Shown piece by piece: positions 9,529 through 19,000 of a stretch of DNA of 64,000 nucleotides (its first letter is position 1; the number at the start of each line of letters is the position of its first letter). The notes beneath the pieces are model-generated. The model searched no databases. It worked only from the letters and a program-made list of their open reading frames with translations, and was not told the DNA's origin. Location of the stretch: the NCBI GenBank assembly GCA_024231215.1, contig JAAEQR010000072.1, positions 65,210 through 129,209 on the forward strand, given 5' to 3'. Position numbers and translations under genes: made by a program. Origin of the DNA: PVC group bacterium. GTDB taxonomy: Bacteria; Omnitrophota; Gorgyraeia; B26-G9.

Positions 9529-10858
9529 GTGGATTAAAAAAGACTTACAATACGTTTGGCATCCTTATACACAGATGAAAGACTGTGAAACATTTCCGCC
9601 GGTTTTAATTGAAAAAGCCAAAGGAATAAAGTTGTTTGATAGTAAAGGAAAGGTGTATTTTGATACCATATCCAGTTGGTGGTGTAATGTTCATGGACAC
9701 AATCATCCACGTATAAAAAAAGCGCTTAAACAGCAGATTGAAAAATTGGACCATGTTCTTTTTGCCGGATTTACGCATAAACCGGCGATTTGTTTAGCGG
9801 AAAAACTGTTGGAGATTAGCCCCCGGAACTTGCGGCGTGTATTTTTTTCAGATAATGGTTCTACAGCCGTGGAATCTGCCCTGAAAATATCATTTCAGTA
9901 TTGGCTGAATAAAGGAAAGAAAGGGAAGAAAAAATTTGTATCCTTAGATCATGCTTATCATGGTGATACGATTGGAGCCATGAACGTTAGCGGTATGAGT
10001 TTATTTAATGAAATGTTTTCCCCGTTATTTTTCTCCTCTTATAAAGTGCCTTCTCCTTATTGTTACCGTTGCCCAGTGAAAAAAAAATACTCTTCTTGCG
10101 GTATTGATTGCATTAGGCCTCTGGAAAAACTACTGGATAAGAAACACCGGGAAATCGCTGCAATTATTCTGGAGCCTTTAGTCATGGCTGCCGGTGGAAT
10201 GATTATTTATCCTAAAGAATATTTAAGAAAAATATCACAGTTGGCTAAAAAGTACGGTACTCATCTGATCTTAGATGAAGTGGCGACTGGTTTTGGGCGT
10301 ACGGGGAAAATGTTTGCTTGTGAACATGCGAATATTAAGCCTGATTTCATGTGTCTTTCTAAAGGAATTACGTCTGGGACGATGCCATTAGCTGCGACGC
10401 TTACTACAGAAAGAATATTCAAGGCGTTTTACGATGATTATCATAAAGGTAAAACATTTTTTCATGGACATACTTATACGGCTAATCCATTAGCTTGTGC
10501 GGCGGCATTAGCCAGCCTGGATATTTTTAAGGAGGAGAAAACGCTGCTTATTATGCAGGATAATATAAGGTTCTTTCATGACGAATTGAAAAAGTTTTCT
10601 GAATTATCTATTGTCGGAGATGTTCGGCAAATTGGTTTTATCGGAGCGCTTGAGCTGGTACAGGATAAAGCAGATAAAACTCCTTTTAAAGCCAGGATCG
10701 GTATGCATATTTATCAGCAAGGGCTTAAACAGGGATTAATTTTACGGCCATTGGGAAATATTGTTTATTTATTTTTACCATTATGTATTAAGAAGAAAGA
10801 GATGGCTGAAGTTTTGCAAAAGACATATAATATTATAAAGGCCTGTAAATGTGTATGA
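9521..10858 (+). CDS. bioA: adenosylmethionine-8-amino-7-oxononanoate aminotransferase
   Basis: Class III aminotransferase (HGHTYTANPLA, DEVATGFGRTG, PLP Lys region CLSKG). Chosen start MDKWIKKDLQYVWHPYTQM at 9521. The track ORF 9431 overlaps bioD in the same frame. Confidence 0.85.
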   Translation: MDKWIKKDLQYVWHPYTQMKDCETFPPVLIEKAKGIKLFDSKGKVYFDTISSWWCNVHGHNHPRIKKALKQQIEKLDHVLFAGFTHKPAICLAEKLLEISPRNLRRVFFSDNGSTAVESALKISFQYWLNKGKKGKKKFVSLDHAYHGDTIGAMNVSGMSLFNEMFSPLFFSSYKVPSPYCYRCPVKKKYSSCGIDCIRPLEKLLDKKHREIAAIILEPLVMAAGGMIIYPKEYLRKISQLAKKYGTHLILDEVATGFGRTGKMFACEHANIKPDFMCLSKGITSGTMPLAATLTTERIFKAFYDDYHKGKTFFHGHTYTANPLACAAALASLDIFKEEKTLLIMQDNIRFFHDELKKFSELSIVGDVRQIGFIGALELVQDKADKTPFKARIGMHIYQQGLKQGLILRPLGNIVYLFLPLCIKKKEMAEVLQKTYNIIKACKCV

Positions 10859-11892
10859 AGAAAAAACATGTTATATCCGGATTATTTCCGGACGAATTAC
10901 AAAAACTACTTAAAGATTTTGTTTCGCAAGCATATCGAGGCAGACAAATTCTTGATTGGATATATGAAAAAAATATTTTATCATTTTCCAAGATGAGTAA
11001 TTTGCCGGATAAGTTGAGAGATGAATTAAAGCTTGTTTTTGAACCGGTAAGTTTGATAGAGGTTGATAAGCAGATAAGCTCTGATAAAACTACAAAGTAT
11101 GTTTTTAAGACTTATGATGATGAATACATAGAATCTGTATTTATACCTACGCGTAAACGTGCGACTATATGTATTTCGACACAGGCAGGCTGTGCATTTG
11201 GTTGTATGTTTTGTGCCAGTGGGAAAAACGGTTTAAAACGCAATCTTTCGGTAGGAGAAATCGTAAGCCAGGTTTTACTTATCCGAAAAGATAACCCGGA
11301 AAATCCAATTACCAATATTGTGATCATGGGAATGGGGGAGCCTTTGGCGAATTATGAAAACACACTAAAGGCAGTAAGAATTTTGAATCATCCGGAATGT
11401 TTAAGATTAGCGGCTCGGCGTATTACGATTTCTACTTGTGGTTTACCTGAACAGATACTTCGGCTGGCAAAGGAAGGGTTACAGATAGAATTGTCGATTT
11501 CTTTACATGCAGCTAATAATGTTCTTAGAAACCGTATTGTCCCGGTAAATAAGAAGTATCCGTTGGAGCATTTAATGCAGACAGCACGGGATTATATAAG
11601 AATTACAAATAGAGTTATTACTTTTGAATATGTGATTATAGATGGGGTAAATGATACTAAAAGAGATGCAGAGCAGCTGATTTCATTGTTAAACGGAATT
11701 AAATGTAAAGTTAATATTATTCCGTTTAATCCAGTGGATGGTACAGATTTTAGACCGCCAAAAGCGTTTAAATTAGAAGAGTTTCAAGAGACACTTCAGG
11801 CTAGTGGTGTGAATGTAACAGTGCGTCGTTCCCGGGGTACAGATATTAAAGGTGCTTGTGGACAATTAGCAGCTCACAGCAATAACGCTTAA
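10849..11892 (+). CDS. rlmN: 23S rRNA/tRNA (adenine-C2)-methyltransferase, radical SAM
   Basis: CAFGCMFCASG radical SAM motif. RlmN/Cfr family length and C-terminal Cys (GACGQL). Confidence 0.85.
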   Translation: MCMKKKHVISGLFPDELQKLLKDFVSQAYRGRQILDWIYEKNILSFSKMSNLPDKLRDELKLVFEPVSLIEVDKQISSDKTTKYVFKTYDDEYIESVFIPTRKRATICISTQAGCAFGCMFCASGKNGLKRNLSVGEIVSQVLLIRKDNPENPITNIVIMGMGEPLANYENTLKAVRILNHPECLRLAARRITISTCGLPEQILRLAKEGLQIELSISLHAANNVLRNRIVPVNKKYPLEHLMQTARDYIRITNRVITFEYVIIDGVNDTKRDAEQLISLLNGIKCKVNIIPFNPVDGTDFRPPKAFKLEEFQETLQASGVNVTVRRSRGTDIKGACGQLAAHSNNA

Positions 11893-11897
11893 AAAAT

Positions 11898-12392
11898 ATG
11901 TCTTTACATTATATAATAGATGGTTATAACGTTATAAAACAGGTGACTTTTTTTACCGGTAAAAAGTTAAGAGCTGGCAGGGATAGTTTGGTGCATTTTA
12001 TCGAACAACATCGGCCTCAAGGCAGTAGTAAAAATGAAGTAACTGTGGTTTTTGATGGGAAAGCGGAGTTTGATAATCCACAGATAAAAAGTGCAACAGA
12101 GGTTATTTTTAGTAAGAATGAAACTGCGGATGATAAGATTAAACGCATGGTTGAGCATTCCCGGAATCCAAAGAGGATTGTTGTAGTTAGTGATGATAAG
12201 GCAATTGTTTTTTATTGCCGTTCTTTAGGAGCTAGGATAAAAACAGTAAAAGAATTTTTAAATGACTCTCGTATCCCTGAAAAAGTTAAGCCGGATTTTG
12301 AGGGAGCAGATAAACCGGATTTAAGTAGTAATGCAGCACAAGAGATTACAGAGCAGTTAAAAGATATTTGGCTTAAAAGTGAAGAAGAGTAA
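11898..12392 (+). CDS. NYN/YacP-like (PIN-fold) RNA-binding/ribonuclease domain protein
   Basis: N-terminal IIDGYNVI motif and ~160 aa size typical of YacP/Rae1-like NYN domain proteins. Confidence 0.5.
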   Translation: MSLHYIIDGYNVIKQVTFFTGKKLRAGRDSLVHFIEQHRPQGSSKNEVTVVFDGKAEFDNPQIKSATEVIFSKNETADDKIKRMVEHSRNPKRIVVVSDDKAIVFYCRSLGARIKTVKEFLNDSRIPEKVKPDFEGADKPDLSSNAAQEITEQLKDIWLKSEEE

Positions 12393-12397
12393 TAACT

Positions 12398-12691
12398 ATG
12401 AAAAATAAATTAGATTCGTTAATGGTCATTGGTAAGATAACACATTTTCTTGGTACATTGTTACTGTTCAATTTCTTTTTCGGGTTGATTCTTTTTGGTT
12501 TTTTTCGTTGGCTTTTATTTGGGAGTGTTTTATTGTTTTTGTTGTTTTTATCTCTTTTAGCCGGTAAAACAGTTATTTTTAAACCAGGTAAACCGCAGGC
12601 AGAAAGCCAATCGGAACAGCCTCATTATCATAGGCGTAATAAAACAAACAGTGATATTATCGATGTAGAAGCAGAAGTTGTTGATGAGTAG
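12398..12691 (+). CDS. small membrane protein, hypothetical (2 predicted TM, acidic C-terminus)
   Basis: Strongly hydrophobic N-terminal 60 aa. No assignable family. Confidence 0.4.
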   Translation: MKNKLDSLMVIGKITHFLGTLLLFNFFFGLILFGFFRWLLFGSVLLFLLFLSLLAGKTVIFKPGKPQAESQSEQPHYHRRNKTNSDIIDVEAEVVDE

Positions 12692-12752
12692 TAAGTTTGA
12701 CAAATATTAAGATTCGATATAATATATAGAAAAATAGAGGAACTTTTCTTCC

Positions 12753-13436
12753 ATGGATAGGAAAATTTTTTGTTTTATCGCAATTCTATGTTTCTTCTGT
12801 AAAGGTGCTTTTGCTATTCCTGCCGAAGGAGAATCCCGGCCAAGTTTACACAAAAGTATTTGGGGTGTGCAGTTTAACCACATATTTTCCAGGGACTTTA
12901 ACAAAGTCGAAGCGAAGGCAAGTACAACTCAGTATTTTATCAAGGCTAGTTACGGTTTAACTGAAAAATTTTTTCTTGATGGTAAGGTAGGCTGGGGAAA
13001 TGTATCTTTTGATCGGGAAGGGCAGGAAAAGCTTAATTTCCCGAATAATTTTGCCGGCGGATATGGGTTTCGTTACTTATTCTATGAAGATGACAGTCAG
13101 GGGTTAAAAGCTATAGCGGGATTTCAGCATATTAGCTGTCATCCGTTTAAAGATGTAGTAAACAATATCGATCATCGGATTATCTGGGATGAGTGGCAGG
13201 GAACATTATTATTGATCAAAAAGTGGAATAGAGTCGGAATATATTTTGGTCCGCAGTATAGTGAGGCACAGCTAAAGTATAAAGAAGGTGATTTGCGACG
13301 CAGGGTAAAGGGCGAAGATATCTGGGGAGCAGTTATCGGTGCGGATTATTATATAAATGAAAAGACCGGAATTAATATGGAAGCGCGGCTTTTTAACGAG
13401 TGGGCATTAAATATCGGAATGAATTATAAATTCTGA
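12753..13436 (+). CDS. putative outer-membrane beta-barrel protein, hypothetical
   Basis: Signal peptide (MDRKIFCFIAILCFFCKGAFA). Alternating amphipathic strands. C-terminal ...NIGMNYKF with terminal Phe, typical of OMP beta-barrels. Confidence 0.45.
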   Translation: MDRKIFCFIAILCFFCKGAFAIPAEGESRPSLHKSIWGVQFNHIFSRDFNKVEAKASTTQYFIKASYGLTEKFFLDGKVGWGNVSFDREGQEKLNFPNNFAGGYGFRYLFYEDDSQGLKAIAGFQHISCHPFKDVVNNIDHRIIWDEWQGTLLLIKKWNRVGIYFGPQYSEAQLKYKEGDLRRRVKGEDIWGAVIGADYYINEKTGINMEARLFNEWALNIGMNYKF

Positions 13437-13461
13437 AAAGTTAAATGAATAGAGGTGCTTT

Positions 13462-14112
13462 GTGAGCGGAATATTTAGATTTAAGAAATTACGGTTATAT
13501 GTGGCATATCCATTTGCCGCAGTATATTTTTTTCTTGCATATTACACAGGTATAGATTTTAGTATCGGAATTTGGAGTGTATTTTTAGGTTTAATTATTC
13601 GTTTCTGGGCGGCAGGTTTTATTCGTAAAAAACGAGAATTAGCTGTGGCCGGGCCTTATGCGCTTGTGCGTAACCCTTTATATCTAGGTAATTTTTTAGT
13701 TGGATTTGGTTTTTCCTGCTTTGTTAACAATATTTTTATTATTTTGGCTTATTGTGTTTTATTTGCGATTTTCTATATTGGGACAATAAGGGAAGAAGAG
13801 ATATTATTGACCGAGCTTTTTGGACAGCAGTATTTGGATTACAAAAAGAGTGTTCCTTCTATTTTTCCGTTATTTAAGACATATAAAACAGACCAGAAAC
13901 CAGAATATAGTTTGCAGCAGGCTAATCGTAATGGTGAATTTATTCGTGTTGCAGTTACGGCAGTTTTGTTATCTATTTTGTACTGTTTTCAAGGGTTTAT
14001 TTTACAAGGAAGTGTGAATCTGGTAGATATTTTGATTTTTGCCGGACTTTTTATAATGCTTATTTTTACCATAATATCTCGAAGAAGATTTTTAAAACGA
14101 GATATTAATTAA
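13462..14112 (+). CDS. isoprenylcysteine carboxyl methyltransferase (ICMT/PEMT) family membrane methyltransferase
   Basis: Multi-TM protein with GPYALVRNPLYLGNFLVGFG and C-terminal EE..L...FG..Y..Y motif typical of the ICMT family. Confidence 0.6.
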   Translation: MSGIFRFKKLRLYVAYPFAAVYFFLAYYTGIDFSIGIWSVFLGLIIRFWAAGFIRKKRELAVAGPYALVRNPLYLGNFLVGFGFSCFVNNIFIILAYCVLFAIFYIGTIREEEILLTELFGQQYLDYKKSVPSIFPLFKTYKTDQKPEYSLQQANRNGEFIRVAVTAVLLSILYCFQGFILQGSVNLVDILIFAGLFIMLIFTIISRRRFLKRDIN

Positions 14113-14127
14113 CCTGAGAATTAAATC

Positions 14128-15810
14128 ATGCAGAAAATTTGGAAATTTAGAGAATTAGATGGTCATAAACATAAAGCATTTGCCGCAGAACTTGGAGTTT
14201 CTCCGATTTTGGCTCAGATATTATTGAATCGTGGTATTTCGGATCCGGATCAAGCCCGGACTTTTCTTAGATGTGATATGAAAGATTGTCATGATCCTTT
14301 TTTACTTAAGGATATGTCTAAGTCAGTTTCTCGCGTTCAGAAAGCAATTAAGTATAAGGAAAAAATAGTTATTTACGGTGATTATGATGTAGACGGAGTG
14401 ACTAGTTGTGCAGTATTGTTTTATGTTCTTTCGGACTTGGGAGCTGATGTATCCTGTTATATCCCGCATAGAATAGAGCAAGGGTATGGACTTAATCTGG
14501 AGTCTTGTCAAACTTTAAAAGAACAAGGTGTATCCTTGGTAATAACTGTAGATTGCGGAGTTAGTGGGTTCCAAGAGATAGAGTATTTAAAGGAGGCTGG
14601 AGTTGATGTTATTATCACAGATCATCATCAGCCTTTAGAGAGGGGAGTGCCTGATGCGTTATGTGTAATAAATCCTTGGCAGAAAAAATGTTCGTATCCC
14701 TATAAAGAATTAGCAGGGGTGGGATTAGCGTACAAACTTGCCCTGGGGGTTTCTGCGGGAACTTTAGATATATCTGAGCACCTAGATCTTGTAGCTTTAG
14801 GAACGATTTGTGATGTTGCGCCGCTAACCGGAGAAAACAGAATTTTGGTTAAGCATGGTCTAGAGAGACTTTCTAATACTAAAAAAGAGGGATTGAGAGC
14901 CTTAAAAGATATAGCTAAAATCAGGGCAAAGAAGCTTTCTACCCATCATGTAGGATTTATGTTTGGCCCTAGACTAAATGCTATGGGAAGAATGGGCTCA
15001 GCTGAGAAATCACTGGAGCTTTTATTAAGTACAGATTATGCTCAAGCATATAAACTGGCCCAAATACTTGATCAGGAAAACCGGACCCGGCAGAAAACAG
15101 AACAAAAAATTTTGAAAGAAGCTCTGTCGATGGTGGAAAGTCAGATAAATTTTAAACATCATCGTACGGTAGTTTTGCATAATGATGCCTGGCATCCGGG
15201 TGTTATCGGCATTGTTGCCTCTCGCATAGCGGAAAGATTTTATCGGCCTACAATCCTGATTTCGACACAAGAAGGTATTGGCAAAGGTTCCGGACGTTCA
15301 ATCAGAGATTTTCATCTATTTGATAATTTATCAAAATGCAATCATCTTTTGGAAGGATTCGGAGGCCATGCGAATGCTGCGGGTATATCTATTTTAGAAG
15401 AAAATCTGGCTGATTTTAAACAGGCATTTAATGATTTAGCCAGTCATGATCTTACCCCGGAAAAATTACAGCCGATAGTGGATGTAGATATGGAAGTTAC
15501 GCTGAGCGCGCTTTCTGAAAAACTGATTAATGATTTGGAAAAATGTGCTCCTTTTGGCATTGGTAATTCACGTCCAGTATTTGCTTCCCAGGATTTAAAA
15601 CTTAAGCAGAGGCCAAAGATTTTGCGCGGAGAAACCTTTAAGTTATGGCTTACCGATGAAAAGATTACGTGTGAGGCGATTGGTAGGCTTAACGGAGTTG
15701 CCCCAACGTCTCTTAATGAGGGATTTTCTATAGTCTATTCGCCGTCTATCAATGACTGGCAGGGGATCTCCACAATACAACTGCAGTTAAAAGACATCAG
15801 ACTCGCCTGA
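14128..15810 (+). CDS. recJ: single-stranded-DNA-specific exonuclease RecJ
   Basis: DHH motifs (YGDYDVDGVTS, ITDHH), DHHA1 region (GGHANAAG), C-terminal OB fold. Confidence 0.9.
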   Translation: MQKIWKFRELDGHKHKAFAAELGVSPILAQILLNRGISDPDQARTFLRCDMKDCHDPFLLKDMSKSVSRVQKAIKYKEKIVIYGDYDVDGVTSCAVLFYVLSDLGADVSCYIPHRIEQGYGLNLESCQTLKEQGVSLVITVDCGVSGFQEIEYLKEAGVDVIITDHHQPLERGVPDALCVINPWQKKCSYPYKELAGVGLAYKLALGVSAGTLDISEHLDLVALGTICDVAPLTGENRILVKHGLERLSNTKKEGLRALKDIAKIRAKKLSTHHVGFMFGPRLNAMGRMGSAEKSLELLLSTDYAQAYKLAQILDQENRTRQKTEQKILKEALSMVESQINFKHHRTVVLHNDAWHPGVIGIVASRIAERFYRPTILISTQEGIGKGSGRSIRDFHLFDNLSKCNHLLEGFGGHANAAGISILEENLADFKQAFNDLASHDLTPEKLQPIVDVDMEVTLSALSEKLINDLEKCAPFGIGNSRPVFASQDLKLKQRPKILRGETFKLWLTDEKITCEAIGRLNGVAPTSLNEGFSIVYSPSINDWQGISTIQLQLKDIRLA

Positions 15811-15883
15811 AATATTTTCAGTCAATAGCCATAACATGTTACCTTGAAAGCACTTAAAGTTTTCAAAAAAGTTGCTTTCGTCC

Positions 15884-15912
15884 TTGCGGGAATTGAAAAC
15901 ATATGGTATACT
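15884..15912 (+). promoter_or_regulatory. promoter of giant gene: TTGCGG-17nt-TATACT with extended -10 (TGGTATACT)
   Basis: -35 at 15884-15889, TGn extended -10 at 15904-15912. Followed by the very strong RBS AAAGGAGG 8 nt before ATG 16007. Confidence 0.45.
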
Positions 15913-16006
15913 TTAAAGAATTTTTTGAACTTTTTCAATCTGCTTTTTAAAGATAATAATAAAAGTTTAGTAATTCAATATATGTGATTTAAAAAGGAGG
16001 ATTATT

Positions 16007-19000
16007 ATGTTTAAGGCTCCACCTAATATGTTTTTGAGGATTACCTCACTAGCAATCATCCAAATATTTTTAATTACTAATGTCTCTTTTGCCGGAGGCA
16101 ATTTTTTTGCCCAAAATCAGGGGGAGGACTGTCTTTCGCCTGCCTTAGAGATCAATGCCGGAGCATTAAAGCAGGGAATATTAGCTGTTATTGAGGGAGA
16201 TAGTATTCCCAATGATGTTTCCAGCTTGGAAATGACCACATTATTGGAAACGGCACTGAGTAATCTTAGTGATATTGAAAATAATTCAGAGGACTTAAAT
16301 CTTGAAGTCTTGGAACAGTCAATAGATCAAGTAAGACAAATTAATGCGCAAATTAATTATCTTACGGGGGGTAGTGACGAGGGAGTAAATGATCTTTATT
16401 CAAGATTTCTTAGTAGACGTTCAGATTTAGCAAAAAAAATATCCGCAATAGTAATAAATGATGTTGCTAAGTATGCAGGTGTTTTAGAAAAGCTAGTTAG
16501 TCAATCAAAAGAGGATATGCATAAGCATATAGCTATGATGGTTGAGAATGAGAAGATAACTGCTACACAGGGAGATGCAACATTAAAAACAGCTATAAAG
16601 TTTCTTGAAGAATGGTTAGCTCCAGGAAATAACATTCCTCAATATATTATTCAGGGTATATATAAGGGGATGTTAGAAGGTCGTTCAGGAGATCTCTTAT
16701 ATGCGTATGGATTTGGCTGGCGTCAGTTTGGTACAGCTGGAATCAGGAATCAGGCGGTGCAAAGTGAATTCCCAGTTTTACTTCAGAAAGAAGTTGATGA
16801 ATTTGCTGAAGATGTGCATGCTCCAATATTAACTGGTCCAAATATGATTAATACAGTTACTTTATTGCAGCAGGTGGCAGCTTTGGTTGGATTGGTCAAA
16901 GATATTAGAACCAAATTGCAGCAAAAACTCAATAAAGGTATGAGTTTGGCAAATGCGGCTGAGGAATGTGGAATAGCTGAAGAATTTGCACAAAACATGT
17001 TGGATAACACGATTACCGTTACCTATGATAGTCGGTTGAATGGGGAATATTTTGCTCAGTTGCTTGGTGCCGCATTTTTGCAGAAAGATATAAAAGTAAA
17101 CCTTATGGATAGTCCATCCGGAGTACCGGCTGGAGTTTCTATTGCAAAAGGTGCTTCTTTTTTTGGTGAATTGGTTAAAGATTCTCGTTTTGCTGAGTTT
17201 GAACAGATAACAGGATCTATTTTTGGAATTCTTATTTCTGCCAGTCATAGTGAAGCAGAATATAATGGGTTTAAAGCATTTTTGGCGTATCAAAAATCAC
17301 AAGTAGATGCTGATAGTAAAAATATGATAATGGATGCCAGGGGAAATGTTAACTATAGCGATATAAACATGCGATTAGATACAGGATCTAAAGAAGATTT
17401 AAGATTGATATTTAGAAAATATAAGAATAATTTAATCTGGCTGGGTGGGGAGAAGAAAGTAGATGGCAAAGATTATTGTGGTGCCAAATTCGTACCTTTT
17501 TATCCGCTTTATTTTGAATATTTACGTAAAAGATCACCGATTCCTTATGCTGAATTGTCAAGTGATGATATTGAATCGATTAATGCAGCGAAAAAAGATC
17601 TAGGCATCTTATATACTGCTTTTTATGGTGGCGGATCTGTTTCTGCTGCTAATCTACCGGGATTTTTCCAGGAAATGGGATATGATAATGTAGCTATTGT
17701 AGATAAACAAACTAAAGTTATGGATGGGAAATTTCCAGGGCATATAATGCCTGATCCGGGTGTTGTAGAAGGATGGATGAGTAATTTGTATCATTTTCTT
17801 CAGCAGATAGCCGGAGAGGATTTGTCGGATATAGAAAAAGCCGTAGAAATGCTTAATAATAGACAGACGGGTGCTGCTACAGACCCGGATGTTGACCGGG
17901 CAGGTATGATGTTGGATTTAGAACCAGGGCAGCAAGGCAATGTGCGGGATGCTTTTATTGACTGGATAAGTCGGAATTTACAATACAGAGATGATATTTT
18001 GCCTGAAAAAAAACAACATATTATTAATGTTTTAACAAATAATTTAAAAGATAAATTGTTATTAACGGCAAATGATTCCTGGACATTTATGGCATATTAT
18101 AAGCTGCAGATCAGGGAAAAATATGGGTTGCTGGATAAAAACAAGCTTTACATCATTGAAAAATCCCATGTTACTACAGACGGGCTTGAAAATGTTGCCG
18201 CATATTATCGCAAGAAAGGTTATCGTGTGTATGTTGTGGATACATATGTAGGATTTACAGAATTGGCTAAAAAAAGCCGGGATTTGTTTGCTATAGCAAA
18301 AAAGGCATGGAAGATCAAAAAAATGTTAGATAAGTTAGATGAGCCAAATGAGCAAGAACTAAGGTGGGGTGAACTAGAAGAATTGCTGATAGAACTTAAA
18401 CAAGAGAATAAGATTTTAAAGACTAATGTTCCGTATGCTACCGCTGGATTACCCATAGTTGATGAGGCTATAGAGGCATTTGAAAATAGTAATTTTCAAA
18501 AAGCGGAAGAACTCTGGAATAGTATTGCCCATATGGAGAATATTTTGGCTTGTGAGGAAAGTAACGGTTATGGAGAGCTGGGGGAATATATTCCGGAAGA
18601 AGATAAAGTAGTGAATGCCCACATATCTGAAAAGGATGGAGGGTTAGCTTTGTTTGAGTTTTTTGAAATACTCTCTTATGGAAAAGCTGTTTTGGGAAAA
18701 TCGGAATATTCGATGTTTTTAGATATGCTTAGCGAAATAGGGTATTGTACAACAGATAACCAGTTTTTAAAATATCCGGGGCTTAGCGGGGTTCAGGAAA
18801 AAGTGGATGCGATTGAGAGTTTTGAAAAGGTATTTGCAGCTTTAATTCAAAAGGCTATTGATCAGGGCCAGGTAGTTACTTTATTTAATGGAAAGTATAC
18901 AGTAGAAGAAGTTATCGTTTACAGAGATAAAAAATATGATATTACTTATAATGGGTTTCCTGAGGAAGGAATCCGTTTAGTTTTGCGTACACAGAAGGGG

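Noticed and set aside
13820-14017. 65-aa same-strand ORF nested in the ICMT-family methyltransferase gene
   Set aside because: Out of frame inside a longer ORF with coherent TM/motif structure. No RBS.
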